A DNA stretch of 58,140 bases from an uncultured Candidatus Saccharibacteria bacterium (GCA_964571085.1 CAZMZT010000004.1:1-58140), one strand, 5' to 3'; shown: positions 18,974 through 28,127, numbered from the stretch's first letter. The notes: generated by a model from the sequence alone, not told the origin. Made by a program: numbers and translations.

Positions 18974-19004
18974 AAAAATCCCCACATTGCTGTGGGGATT
19001 TTTG
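18974..19004. terminator. bidirectional rho-independent terminator
   Basis: AATCCCCACA-TTGC-TGTGGGGATT with A- and T-runs, downstream of cspA (minus strand). Confidence 0.8.
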
Positions 19005-19014
19005 TTTGGGTAGC

Positions 19015-19212
19015 CTATGCGCGCTGTACGTTTACAGCACTAGGTCCCTTTGCAGTTTCTTCTGTATCAAAAGTAACAGCATCACCTTCGCGTAGTTCGT
19101 CGAACTGAACGCCTACAAGAGAATTACTGTGGAAGAATAGATCCTTCGCAAGTCCTTCTGCTGTGATGAAACCGAAACCTTTGTCAGTAAGCTTTTTTAT
19201 TGAGCCAGTCAT
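19015..19212 (-). CDS. cspA: cold-shock domain protein
   Basis: GSIKKLTDKGFGFI (RNP-1) and FFHSNSL (RNP-2); 65 aa. Confidence 0.95.
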   Translation of the reverse strand: MTGSIKKLTDKGFGFITAEGLAKDLFFHSNSLVGVQFDELREGDAVTFDTEETAKGPSAVNVQRA

Positions 19213-19302
19213 TTAAGATTTTCGTTTAAAATAATAATTTTACAAATAAGATGAATGTTTGAAGAAATCGACTATTTCGAAACGCACGTCCTTTGTGAAG
19301 CC

Positions 19303-19331
19303 ATTATACAATTTGTAAAAATCTTTGTCAA
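19303..19331 (-). promoter_or_regulatory. consensus promoter TTGACA-17-TATAAT for cspA
   Basis: On the minus strand, -35 is at 19326-19331 and -10 at 19303-19308. Predicts a leader of about 85 nt. Confidence 0.7.
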
Positions 19332-19385
19332 TGATTTATACACAGGGTAGGGAATTGATAAATAAAGCTCAAATCCCAATATATC

Positions 19386-19414
19386 TTGACATTTAAAGAC
19401 GTAAATGCTATAAA
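19386..19414 (+). promoter_or_regulatory. promoter TTGACA-17-TATAAA for the DEAD-box helicase
   Basis: Hexamers at 19386-19391 and 19409-19414. Divergent from the cspA promoter. Confidence 0.6.
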
Positions 19415-19485
19415 TAGATTATTGAAAAACTCCTGGTGCGAATGAGTGTTTCAATTTTAATTTTTGAAGCACAAAACTCTTATAT

Positions 19486-20796
19486 ATGTCTACATATCAA
19501 GGTAACAAAGGGTCTAAAAAGACCCCATATTCATCTGCCTCAAGACCTTCTAGGCCTACAGGTAGCAAACCTCGCTTTGGTGCGAGTAAAAGCCCATCAC
19601 GGCCTTTTAAACACGGTTCCAAGCCATCATTCCGTGGCAATCCATCACCAAGTCGTGGAGGTGGGAGAGGTGGCAGGAAGGGCTCATTTGAGCGTATTGA
19701 TGTCTCTCGTTTTATCAGTAAGTCTACAATTATTGAGAAAGAAGAAATATACCTACCGACTCACACATTTAGTGACTTTGCTATAGATGCTCGACTCAAG
19801 ACCGCCATCGCCAACAAGAACTACATATACCCAAGTCCTATCCAAGACAAATCTATACCTCATGCGCTCCAAGGCCGTGACATACTCGGTATCGCAGACA
19901 CAGGTACAGGTAAAACTGCTTCTTTCCTTATCCCACTCATAAACAAAGTTCTGAAGGATCCGAAAGAAACAGCGATTATAATAGCTCCGACTCGTGAGCT
20001 TGCAATACAGATCGAGAAAGAGTTCAACGATTTTGCCCGTGGATTGAAAATGTTTGCTGTTGTATGTGTCGGTGGTGCACCAATATTTGCTCAGATCAAG
20101 AACCTACGCCGTGGATGCAACTTTGTCATAGGTACACCAGGCAGACTGCTTGATCTAGTTAAACGTGGAGAGATCGACCTCTCAACTACTCGCTCTGTTG
20201 TGCTCGACGAAGCTGACCGCATGCTAGACATGGGGTTCATTAATGACATAACATACTTACTGGAGAAAACTCACCCAGAGCGCCAGAACCTATTCTTCTC
20301 TGCAACACTTCCAAAACCTATCGAGAAGCTTATAGAACAGTTCACTAGCGACCCAGTTCGTGTAATGGTAAAAACTCGCGATACTTCCAAGAATGTCGAG
20401 CAAGACGTGATCCGTGTTGCACGAGGCGTAGAGAAGATAGACGTACTCGCAGAACTACTTACAAAGAAAGATGAATTCAAAAAGGTATTGATATTCTCTG
20501 AGATGAAGCATGCCGTAGAGAAACTTTCAAAAGAACTCATCAAAAGGGGATTCAGAGCTGGTTCTATTCACGGTGACAAGCGCCACAACGAACGCCAGAG
20601 GACACTGAAGGCATTCAAGGACGATCAACTAAACATACTAGTTGCTACAGATGTAGCAGCTCGCGGACTCGATATCCCTGACGTAACTCATGTCATCAAC
20701 TACGAGATACCTCAGACATACGATACGTATGTCCACCGCATCGGCCGTACAGGACGTGCAAGCGCCAAAGGAGTAGCTCTGACATTTGTATCATAA
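19486..20796 (+). CDS. DEAD-box ATP-dependent RNA helicase with an N-terminal Ser/Pro/Arg/Gly-rich extension
   Basis: Q motif PSPIQ, ADTGTGKT, PTRELA, DEAD, SAT, ARGLD and HRIGRTGR motifs. The first 75 aa or so are low-complexity and basic. Confidence 0.95.
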   Translation: MSTYQGNKGSKKTPYSSASRPSRPTGSKPRFGASKSPSRPFKHGSKPSFRGNPSPSRGGGRGGRKGSFERIDVSRFISKSTIIEKEEIYLPTHTFSDFAIDARLKTAIANKNYIYPSPIQDKSIPHALQGRDILGIADTGTGKTASFLIPLINKVLKDPKETAIIIAPTRELAIQIEKEFNDFARGLKMFAVVCVGGAPIFAQIKNLRRGCNFVIGTPGRLLDLVKRGEIDLSTTRSVVLDEADRMLDMGFINDITYLLEKTHPERQNLFFSATLPKPIEKLIEQFTSDPVRVMVKTRDTSKNVEQDVIRVARGVEKIDVLAELLTKKDEFKKVLIFSEMKHAVEKLSKELIKRGFRAGSIHGDKRHNERQRTLKAFKDDQLNILVATDVAARGLDIPDVTHVINYEIPQTYDTYVHRIGRTGRASAKGVALTFVS

Positions 20797-20801
20797 TAAT
20801 T

Positions 20802-20831
20802 AAAAAGCCTGGATGATTCCAGGCGTTTTTA
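20802..20831. terminator. bidirectional rho-independent terminator
   Basis: GCCTGGA-TGAT-TCCAGGC with an A-run and a T-run. Confidence 0.8.
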
Positions 20832-20906
20832 TATTCCCAAGATTCAAGGCCAACCTCCTATGACCGTTTTAGTGAAACCCAGGAACTTGATTGTAAAGAG
20901 AGGGGT

Positions 20907-21365
20907 TTAGTCCGTTAGCATTGTGATGGCACCAGACATACTTTGAGGTGTTAATTTGAATATACTAGCCTCAAACTTGTCTTCTATCTCTTCTAAACTC
21001 AACCTCGGTCCATTACCGATAAATGTATCTGGGAAAAGTATTTTCCCGTACGGATACAAGGTAGATCCGTTTATTGAAGGCAGGATCTTGTGAACCAACA
21101 AAATGTAAGATTCGCAATTGTAATTAAACACCACAAATGCTTTTTCTCCTTTAGAGAGGACTATAAATCCATAATCTGCCTCATAATCGCTGGATGAATT
21201 CGCATCAGCTGAGACGACCAGGCCCACTCCTTTGTTTTGCTCTATAATTTTTTTAAGGTGATTTTGATCTAAACCAGAGATAGGATTATATTTTAATTGC
21301 TGTCCCAGAGCAATATTGGTTATCATGGCAACTACCATAACAAGCAATAAAAGTATTTTCTTCAT
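20907..21365 (-). CDS. hypothetical secreted protein
   Basis: Signal peptide MKKILLLLVMVVAMITNIALGQQ. No family recognised. Confidence 0.6.
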   Translation of the reverse strand: MKKILLLLVMVVAMITNIALGQQLKYNPISGLDQNHLKKIIEQNKGVGLVVSADANSSSDYEADYGFIVLSKGEKAFVVFNYNCESYILLVHKILPSINGSTLYPYGKILFPDTFIGNGPRLSLEEIEDKFEASIFKLTPQSMSGAITMLTD

Positions 21366-21432
21366 ACTTAGAGGTTTATTTAAGCTAATTGAACCATACC
21401 ATAGGGTATATAGTCAAATATATTATTTATTA

Positions 21433-21461
21433 TTGACATATTTCATTAAAATGAGTAATCT
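21433..21461 (+). promoter_or_regulatory. promoter TTGACA-17-TAATCT
   Basis: Hexamers at 21433-21438 and 21456-21461. Confidence 0.55.
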
Positions 21462-21484
21462 GCCAGTATCTTTAAATATAAAAG

Positions 21485-21619
21485 ATGAAACAATCAAATG
21501 CTAGGTGGAAAGCAATTAAATGGGCGCGATCATCAGCCAGAAGATTTATCTCTAAATGGAAAAGATGGAAGCGTAAAAGAAAAAGAGAAGGTATTCTTAT
21601 TAAAGGAATCTTCAAGTGA
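21485..21619 (+). CDS. possible 44-aa Arg/Lys/Trp-rich peptide
   Basis: MKQSNARWKAIKWARSSARRFISKWKRWKRKRKREGILIKGIFK. It ends 7 nt before a strong terminator. No obvious SD. Confidence 0.4.
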   Translation: MKQSNARWKAIKWARSSARRFISKWKRWKRKRKREGILIKGIFK

Positions 21620-21626
21620 GAATAGG

Positions 21627-21656
21627 ACGATTGGCAAGCATGCCAATCGTTTTTTA
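21627..21656 (+). terminator. rho-independent terminator
   Basis: ACGATTGGCA-AGCA-TGCCAATCGT followed by TTTTT. Confidence 0.85.
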
Positions 21657-21757
21657 TTTTACCAAGCTAAACTACCGTAAAGATATATTGTGCGACACTA
21701 TTATATAAACAAAGGGCCATTCTATAAAGGCTTAGAGGGTGCTCCCCTTAGCCTTGT

Positions 21758-22681
21758 TTAGGTATTACTTTCGATACATGTATTGAGTGCGCGAACTTGT
21801 TTATTGTATTCGATTATTTTCTGTTTTATTTCTTCAATCAAATTATTGAATTTACTTACGAGTTCATTGTATTGGTCAATCTGCTCATCTGTAGTATAGC
21901 CCTCATACACTACCCCACTATCTATACGACTTTTACGAGCTTTTAGCTCGCTTTCTGTAGATTTGATATTACCTTGGCCTGATTCAATAGACACATGCAG
22001 ACTTTCGTTGAGGTCAGGACAGATACTGCGAGGCACCCCAAAATGCTGAACTCCGATCCATGTCTGACGGCCTTCGTACATACCTTTTGCCACAGCCACG
22101 CCAATCTCTGTGTACTTTGTATTCAATATGTTTGCTCGGTGGCCAGGACTGTCCATCCATGCTTGTACTAGAGCTTTGTCATCCTTGAAGTTGCCTAGTG
22201 CTAAATTCTCACCTATGATTATGTATTCATAGCCGACTTGTTTACCCAAGTCTGCTACTCCTACTCCGCTTGGTGACACGTGTTCAAAGTACTGCTTAGC
22301 AAACATATCCTGCACCTTTTTCATGGCGGAAGAATTTAGTTTGGTATTTTCTTTTAGTGGAGAGAGGTTGCCGTTGTCCTTGCGGTTTGTATTTGTAAAC
22401 TCTACAACACCCTTAGATGTGAGTTTTATCTTGTCTGCACCGAGTATACTATCAGGTAGTTCCAAGCCTCCCGGGGTCGATACTTCGTTGTCTGTATTGG
22501 TGACGCTGTACTGAGTCAAGGCAATCTTCGAAAAGATATTGTCTGAGATACCTTGAGCAGTTATGTTGTTTTCACCTAGATAAGTGAGCACTCTGTTGTA
22601 AACGACTTTGACATCATCCTTCAAAACAAAAAGCACAAGTCCTACAAAAATCAGTATTAAAATGTTGTGAAGTGTCTTCAT
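21758..22681 (-). CDS. CAP/SCP (YkwD-like) domain protein with N-terminal anchor and C-terminal helical tail
   Basis: FEHVSPSG...IIGENLA...AWMDSPGHRANIL...EIGVAV pattern. Confidence 0.8.
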   Translation of the reverse strand: MKTLHNILILIFVGLVLFVLKDDVKVVYNRVLTYLGENNITAQGISDNIFSKIALTQYSVTNTDNEVSTPGGLELPDSILGADKIKLTSKGVVEFTNTNRKDNGNLSPLKENTKLNSSAMKKVQDMFAKQYFEHVSPSGVGVADLGKQVGYEYIIIGENLALGNFKDDKALVQAWMDSPGHRANILNTKYTEIGVAVAKGMYEGRQTWIGVQHFGVPRSICPDLNESLHVSIESGQGNIKSTESELKARKSRIDSGVVYEGYTTDEQIDQYNELVSKFNNLIEEIKQKIIEYNKQVRALNTCIESNT

Positions 22682-22684
22682 ATA

Positions 22685-23095
22685 TTATTGACATGACCCT
22701 GACTTGGTGTAGCCCATACTCTCTGCTTCGCTAGCGTTAGTGAACCATACTTCGTTCTCTGGCTTGATCCTATTGGCAGCTTTACACCCTCTTGTATAGT
22801 AAAGTTTACCATTTTTTGAGGCTACATAGTTACCTTGTCCTTGTGATTGGCTTGAGATGGCTGGAGCTACACTAGTAGCACTGAGCTTGCTCCTAGGGGT
22901 ATTCTGGAGAGGCTCTTTTACCCCTTCTATAGCTAGGCCCTGCTCTACCCTATCAGCAGAGCCTCCGTCTACCGACAATCGCCCTAATCCAAAGGCTGAA
23001 ACGCCTACTCCTATAATAACCATAAAGTATATGGCCATGGCAGAATCAAGCCCTGTATAGCCCTTGATTTTCTGGAACAGATCATGTATACTCAT
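22685..23095 (-). CDS. membrane-anchored protein with a C-terminal Cys-pair (Ada-Zn-like) motif
   Basis: One TM helix, then YVASKNGKLYYTRGCKAANRIKPENEVWFTNASEAESMGYTKSGSC. Confidence 0.6.
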   Translation of the reverse strand: MSIHDLFQKIKGYTGLDSAMAIYFMVIIGVGVSAFGLGRLSVDGGSADRVEQGLAIEGVKEPLQNTPRSKLSATSVAPAISSQSQGQGNYVASKNGKLYYTRGCKAANRIKPENEVWFTNASEAESMGYTKSGSCQ

Positions 23096-23146
23096 ACTTA
23101 CTTATTATAAATAATAAAAATGCTTTAGGCGAGCATTAAAAGACAT

Positions 23147-23419
23147 ATGGCACATAGGAAAGCCGGAGGTTCGGCCAAAAACTTAAATGATTCAAATCCA
23201 AAGTACCTCGGTACGAAGCTTTATGCTGGTGAAAAAGCACAAGCTGGATCTATAATCATCCGTCAGCGTGGTACAAAGATACTCCCTGGTACAAATGTAA
23301 GTATGGGTAAAGACCACACTCTATTCGCACTCAAACCTGGAACAATCAAATTCGGAACAAAGAGAAAAGTAAACTTCAACCGCACATCTTCAGTCAAAAA
23401 AGTTGTCCACGTAATATAA
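23147..23419 (+). CDS. rpmA: 50S ribosomal protein L27
   Basis: [12 protein letters not shown]...[20 protein letters not shown]. Confidence 0.96.
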   Translation: MAHRKAGGSAKNLNDSNPKYLGTKLYAGEKAQAGSIIIRQRGTKILPGTNVSMGKDHTLFALKPGTIKFGTKRKVNFNRTSSVKKVVHVI

Positions 23420-23421
23420 AT

Positions 23422-23452
23422 AAAAAATCCTCTCAACTGAGAGGATTTTTTA
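23422..23452. terminator. bidirectional rho-independent terminator
   Basis: ATCCTCTC-AACT-GAGAGGAT with A- and T-runs, between rpmA and rplI. Confidence 0.85.
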
Positions 23453-23453
23453 T

Positions 23454-23891
23454 TTATATTACTACGACTACCTGGCACTTGCCTTTCATGTCCCCTTTTT
23501 TGATAGTCACACTGTGTGTACCGAGTTCTTTGATATGCTCCATGACCACTGTGTCTTCATTGATCTCCACACCAGCAGTGGATTTAATTGCATCTACCAC
23601 ATCACGAGGACTGACGGCTTTGAATAGGTGCCCTTTTTCGTTTGCTTTTACTTTAATAGTGACTGTAGTGTTGTCTATAGATGCAATGAGTTTAGAGAAT
23701 GACGCAACTTCATCTTCCCTCTTCTTCGAGAGCTCAGCTTTCTTGGTCTCGAGCTTGGCTAGTGCGTGGGGTGTGGCTTGCTCGGCCAAACCTTTAGATA
23801 TGAGTACATTGATAGCGTAGCCGTCTTTGAATTCTTTTACGTCGTAGCGTTTGCCGACTTTTGGAACATCAGTAAGTAGAATGACTTTCAT
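23454..23891 (-). CDS. rplI: 50S ribosomal protein L9
   Basis: MKVILLTDVPKVGKRYDVKEFKDGYAINVLI. Confidence 0.93.
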   Translation of the reverse strand: MKVILLTDVPKVGKRYDVKEFKDGYAINVLISKGLAEQATPHALAKLETKKAELSKKREDEVASFSKLIASIDNTTVTIKVKANEKGHLFKAVSPRDVVDAIKSTAGVEINEDTVVMEHIKELGTHSVTIKKGDMKGKCQVVVVI

Positions 23892-23938
23892 ACAATGAAT
23901 ATATCATTAAATTGCATGGCTGGCAAAGGAGAGATTTA

Positions 23939-25156
23939 TTATTTTTTATTTAAGAATTCTACTGCCTTTTCCATCTGAGGGTCACGTTTTGCTTCTAAAT
24001 CTTTAGAAGTGTATGGAACCTTTATGTCAGGTTCAAGTCCGGACACAGATATAGAAGTACCGTTTGGAGTCAGCCAGTTAGCGATAGTAACCTTGAGCGA
24101 TGTATCGTCAGTAACACTTATGAGTTCTTGGACAGAGCCTTTACCGAAAGTCTTCTCACCTATCAGTGTGGCCACACCATGCTCGCGAAGTGCTCCTGCA
24201 AGTATCTCTGACGCAGATGCTGACCCACCATCGACAAGTACAACAAACTTTAAGTCTTTGGAGAAAAGCCTTGGGCCATGACTTCGGAAAACTTCTGCCT
24301 CTCTTTTGTCTCCAAAGTCTTCACTGACTATTACCTTGCCAGAGTCTATAAACCAGCTGCCTATGTCGACAGCAGAGTCGAGGTATCCACCAGGATTACC
24401 ACGTAGATCTAGTACAAGTTTACTTGAGCCTGAAGTCACAAATTCATCGAGTGCGTCTTTAAATAATTTTGCAGAATTTTGAGAGAAGCTGTATAGGCTG
24501 ATGACAAATATGTTGTCCTTGCGGAGCTCAGTGTCGATAGTAGGGATCACTATCTCGCCTCTGGTGACTTTAAACTCGCGTGTTTCTTTCTCGCCTGGAC
24601 GGAGCACTAGTAGTGTGACCACAGTCCCCTGCTTGCCACGGATAAGACTTATCGCTTTGTCGACTGTCATATTGTTTGTCTCTGTTTTGTCTATTCGAAG
24701 TATTTTGTCACCTGACTTTAGTCCTGCATTCCAAGCTGGAGAGTCCTTGAGTGGGGCCACAACTGTCGGCACATCATCCTTTACGGCTATCTCAGCACCT
24801 ATACCTCCAAACGAACCTTGTATCTCTGCATTGAAAAGCTTGTTCTCTTCTGGTGGGAAGAATACTGTGTATGGATCACCAAGTGAAGATGCGAGTCCTT
24901 CTACTGCACCCCAGACACGGTCTTGGTCGGAGGCATCCTTTGCATGTATAGATTTCTCGTTCAATAGATTCCAAACTTTCCAGAAAGCATTGAAGTCAGC
25001 AGTGGTTTCGAATTGGGGTTCCTTGTTTGTTACAGATACTACCTTCTCTATCTCAGGTCTGTTGGAGTAACCGATATAAGTACCTATAGAGAACACTATG
25101 AATAGTAGTGCTAGTGATGCAATCACGTACCCGAGTGTTGTATAATTTCTTTTCAT
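23939..25156 (-). CDS. ctpA: S41 carboxy-terminal processing protease
   Basis: PDZ segment (GLKSGDKILRID) and LDLRGNPGGYLDSAV with catalytic S/K blocks; N-terminal anchor. Confidence 0.9.
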   Translation of the reverse strand: MKRNYTTLGYVIASLALLFIVFSIGTYIGYSNRPEIEKVVSVTNKEPQFETTADFNAFWKVWNLLNEKSIHAKDASDQDRVWGAVEGLASSLGDPYTVFFPPEENKLFNAEIQGSFGGIGAEIAVKDDVPTVVAPLKDSPAWNAGLKSGDKILRIDKTETNNMTVDKAISLIRGKQGTVVTLLVLRPGEKETREFKVTRGEIVIPTIDTELRKDNIFVISLYSFSQNSAKLFKDALDEFVTSGSSKLVLDLRGNPGGYLDSAVDIGSWFIDSGKVIVSEDFGDKREAEVFRSHGPRLFSKDLKFVVLVDGGSASASEILAGALREHGVATLIGEKTFGKGSVQELISVTDDTSLKVTIANWLTPNGTSISVSGLEPDIKVPYTSKDLEAKRDPQMEKAVEFLNKK

Positions 25157-25176
25157 TAGTATTGATTATCGCAAAA

Positions 25177-26403
25177 TTATTGCTTTGGTTCAAGAGCAGA
25201 AGCAGTATAAGTGTTGGCTGGATCCCAGAGCATCCATGAGTCGAGTCCATTGTCGTATGTAGCTTTCATTTGAGCTCGTATTCGTTCTTTGGTATATGTT
25301 GCTCCGAGGTTAAAGTCCTGAAGCCAAGGACGAACTTTCTTTATGTCGTAGCCTGCAGCCTTTGTCCGAGCCACAGCGCTCTCTAGTGCACGATCTATGA
25401 TCTCATAAGGGTGTTCTGCTGGCTTGGCAAAGCCTCCTGTTCCGCTTGGGTAGTGTGATGGGTAGACCATAGGTGCAAGGTAGTCAAAGTATGGCAGAGC
25501 TTTCTCCCAAACTTGGCCTATGCCCATGTCGTCTTTGACCTCTGTGGTAAGTCCAAAAAGGTCTGCTGATATAGGTATGTCAGTATCTTTCTTCATTTCT
25601 GTAGATAAGTATTTGAAAAAGTTTTCTATGTTGTCTGAGCGAGTTTGACCTGTCTTTAGGTTGTAGTTGATGTCTTTCATATTGCCATCTGTCGGGTACC
25701 TGATGTAGTCATAGTTGATCTCATCGAATCCTTCGGCATATGAATCCTTGCTGAGCGCCACTATGTAGTCATGGACTTCTTTGCTGGTCGGGTTTAAGAA
25801 CGAAAGGCCTTTGCGATCCTTCCATACAGTTCCATCGCTGAGTTTAGTGATGGCCCACTCTGGTTTGTGCTTGGTCATGTATGGATCCTGGAATACAGAT
25901 ATGCGACCGATGACATAGATGTTTTTCTGGTGGAGTATGTTTGTAAGTGCACGTATGTTCGAGATCCTGTTTTCCATGGCACCATACTTCTTGAGTTCTG
26001 GGTTTGGAAGGTGGAAGGATATGATTCCTGTTGAATCTTTGATGTCTATAACTACAGCGTTGAGCTCAGTGTCATCTATAAGCTTTATGATTGGGTCGCG
26101 GAACTTGGTACCACCAGCTACCCAAGCAGACATATAAACTGCCCGCACCTTATCAGGAGTTTCCACATGAGTGACTGGTAGTGTAGATACTGGTACATCT
26201 ACCACCTTTACATCTTCTGGCTTCTCAACCACATCGGATGAAGACTTGATGTCTTCTTTTAAATTTTGATTTGCTAGATCACTACTACTATACTTCAAAT
26301 CACTAGAAGCCATGGGTAGCAAGTAATATAGGGCTAAACAACATACAGCAAGTATGAGTATCCAGAATATAAACTTTTTAAATCCGTTGTTGCGAGATGG
26401 CAT
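25177..26403 (-). CDS. putative glycoside hydrolase-like protein (DUF4015-type TIM barrel)
   Basis: RAVYMSAW...LNAVVIDIKD...GRISVFQD...FDEINYDYIRYP pattern; N-terminal anchor. Confidence 0.7.
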   Translation of the reverse strand: MPSRNNGFKKFIFWILILAVCCLALYYLLPMASSDLKYSSSDLANQNLKEDIKSSSDVVEKPEDVKVVDVPVSTLPVTHVETPDKVRAVYMSAWVAGGTKFRDPIIKLIDDTELNAVVIDIKDSTGIISFHLPNPELKKYGAMENRISNIRALTNILHQKNIYVIGRISVFQDPYMTKHKPEWAITKLSDGTVWKDRKGLSFLNPTSKEVHDYIVALSKDSYAEGFDEINYDYIRYPTDGNMKDINYNLKTGQTRSDNIENFFKYLSTEMKKDTDIPISADLFGLTTEVKDDMGIGQVWEKALPYFDYLAPMVYPSHYPSGTGGFAKPAEHPYEIIDRALESAVARTKAAGYDIKKVRPWLQDFNLGATYTKERIRAQMKATYDNGLDSWMLWDPANTYTASALEPKQ

Positions 26404-26405
26404 AG

Positions 26406-26621
26406 TTATTCACCAGAGCCAATATTGTCGACGTATGAATGCATGTGATTCTCTTCTTTGGGCATCCGAGCTTTTGCTTGTTTGTAAAATAGATAAGCCA
26501 GGTATACCAGAGCAAGCCCTGTGACAACATATAAAAATTTACGCCAAGAGTTTGGGAAGCCTAGGAATGATAATATGGAAACCCAGACACCAAGTATAAG
26601 CAATGTTCGTTCTTTTCTCAT
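26406..26621 (-). CDS. hypothetical small membrane protein
   Basis: 71 aa with two TM helices. Its start codon lies 18 nt downstream (in the direction of transcription) of the rsmI stop codon, and its stop codon is 2 nt before the start of the next minus-strand gene. Confidence 0.55.
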   Translation of the reverse strand: MRKERTLLILGVWVSILSFLGFPNSWRKFLYVVTGLALVYLAYLFYKQAKARMPKEENHMHSYVDNIGSGE

Positions 26622-26639
26622 GTGTGTATTATATCGTAT

Positions 26640-27329
26640 TTACCTAGGTACTACAATCACCACGAACTCCCCTCTTTGCTTTTCTTTGTTAGTATTCAAA
26701 TACTCTAGAACTTCAGCTGGAGTACCTTCTATAAATTCTTCAAAAACTTTGGTGAGTTCCCGAGCAATCACTACTTTAAACTTGGGAGTGTGCTTTTCTA
26801 GTGACTCGAGAGTCTTTAGAATGCGGTGAGTAGATTCGTAGAAAACCATCGCTCTCTCTGATGAAGCTATCTCTTTAAAGAGCGTCTCCCTACCCTTCTT
26901 GTGTGGCAAAAACCCTAGGAATGTAAACTCTGCTGTAGACACACCACTAGCTGAAAGAGCCGACACGAGCGCGCTAGGCCCCGGTATAGGTACTATACGA
27001 GCACTTGCGCCAAACACCCCCCTAGCCTCTGCTACGAGCATTACACCGGGGTCAGATATGCATGGAGTGCCAGCGTCAGATACGAGGGCTAGGTTCTTGC
27101 CATCTGCAAGCATGTTTATGATCACTGACTCTTTGCCTTTGGTGCTATGCGCATGGTAGCTCATAGTTTTGGTTTGGATGTCATACTTTTTCAAAAGCTT
27201 GCCAGTAGTCCTGGTATCCTCACACAAAACACAATCGACTTCTTTAAGAATTCGAATTGCACGTAGTGTCATGTCTTCGAGGTTGCCTATCGGAGTAGCA
27301 ACTATGTATAGAGTGCCTACGTTTTCCAT
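26640..27329 (-). CDS. rsmI: 16S rRNA (cytidine1402-2'-O)-methyltransferase
   Basis: GTLYIVATPIGNLEDMTLRAIRILKEVDCVLCEDTR. Confidence 0.92.
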   Translation of the reverse strand: MENVGTLYIVATPIGNLEDMTLRAIRILKEVDCVLCEDTRTTGKLLKKYDIQTKTMSYHAHSTKGKESVIINMLADGKNLALVSDAGTPCISDPGVMLVAEARGVFGASARIVPIPGPSALVSALSASGVSTAEFTFLGFLPHKKGRETLFKEIASSERAMVFYESTHRILKTLESLEKHTPKFKVVIARELTKVFEEFIEGTPAEVLEYLNTNKEKQRGEFVVIVVPR

Positions 27330-27336
27330 ATGGGAA

Positions 27337-27687
27337 TTAAAGCATCATCAACAGTGCACCAACAAGAGCCAAATTCTTTGTGAAGTTTATCTGCTCGCCC
27401 ATTCTGTGCATTGGATCAGATACTTTCCAGAAAGCATGCATCATGAAAGTAGTAGGTACTAGGAACACTAGGAGAGCTACCGCTGATAGTTGCATGTTTG
27501 TGCCAGTTATGAATCCTAGACCACCGAGCACAAGCAAAGCTCCAGTTAGGATCACTGCAAAGCGTGGTGAAGGCACACCTTTACTCTTGGCATAGCCGGT
27601 CATAGACTTCTCGTTCTTGAAGTGATTGAAACCTGAGTATATAAAATAAGCCCCAAATATAATGCGCCCTAGAAGGTATAGTTCCAT
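27337..27687 (-). CDS. DoxX family membrane protein
   Basis: GRIIFGAYFIYSGFNHF with 4 TM helices. Confidence 0.8.
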   Translation of the reverse strand: MELYLLGRIIFGAYFIYSGFNHFKNEKSMTGYAKSKGVPSPRFAVILTGALLVLGGLGFITGTNMQLSAVALLVFLVPTTFMMHAFWKVSDPMHRMGEQINFTKNLALVGALLMML

Positions 27688-27759
27688 ATTTGTTTAAATA
27701 ATTATATTAATAGACTGATTATACCATAGTCATAAAGAATACTTTAGCCAAAGTTATAT

Positions 27760-27788
27760 TTGACATAAGTTATGAATAGAATTATAGT
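27760..27788 (+). promoter_or_regulatory. promoter TTGACA-17-TATAGT
   Basis: Hexamers at 27760-27765 and 27783-27788, upstream of ORF 27822. Confidence 0.55.
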
Positions 27789-27821
27789 GGAGGCAATTAT
27801 CAAACCCAAAAAACGCTTACC

Positions 27822-28127
27822 ATGGCAAATAATTCTCCGACGATTTTCTGCCCCAGAAATGAGGCTTGGGAAAATTCTTTTGAAAACCAATTAGCGAAAC
27901 TGAGAGAGGATCATCCTCATTTAGTTTTAACCGAAGTAAACATCGAGCAGATCAAGACTTTCAACTCCCTGTCTTTGTCCGATTCAGGACTTGAAAAGCT
28001 TACTGGTATTGTTTTAGAGAAAAACCAAATCTACAGCTGTTTCCCATTTTTTGGTACAGAAAATGACTTCAAGGACGCCTATTCAGAGGGTATCATCTGG
28101 AAAGAACAGGTTGAGTTAATGAGCTAA
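27822..28127 (+). CDS. hypothetical protein
   Basis: 101-aa ORF with its own promoter and terminator. No family recognised. Confidence 0.5.
   Translation: MANNSPTIFCPRNEAWENSFENQLAKLREDHPHLVLTEVNIEQIKTFNSLSLSDSGLEKLTGIVLEKNQIYSCFPFFGTENDFKDAYSEGIIWKEQVELMS

Noticed and set aside
18905-19108. 67-aa plus-strand ORF.
   Set aside because: It runs through the bidirectional terminator and is antisense to cspA.
19436-19786. 116-aa ORF overlapping the DEAD-box helicase start.
   Set aside because: It is in a different frame from the conserved helicase, and it begins inside that gene's leader.
21498-21680. 60-aa ORF in the cationic-peptide unit; also 21316-21504.
   Set aside because: It reads straight through the terminator hairpin. 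The 44-aa frame that stops just before the hairpin is the more plausible one, if anything is translated.
24501-25070. 189-aa plus-strand ORF antisense to ctpA.
   Set aside because: Ser/Pro/Thr-rich shadow frame. The same applies to 38425-38844, 39116-39484, 39539-39850 and 40736-41062, and to other antisense ORFs in the murF/ftsI/rsmH region. It also applies to the short ORFs inside atpA, atpB, atpG, glnA, lysS, valS, murC/D/E and the R-M gene.
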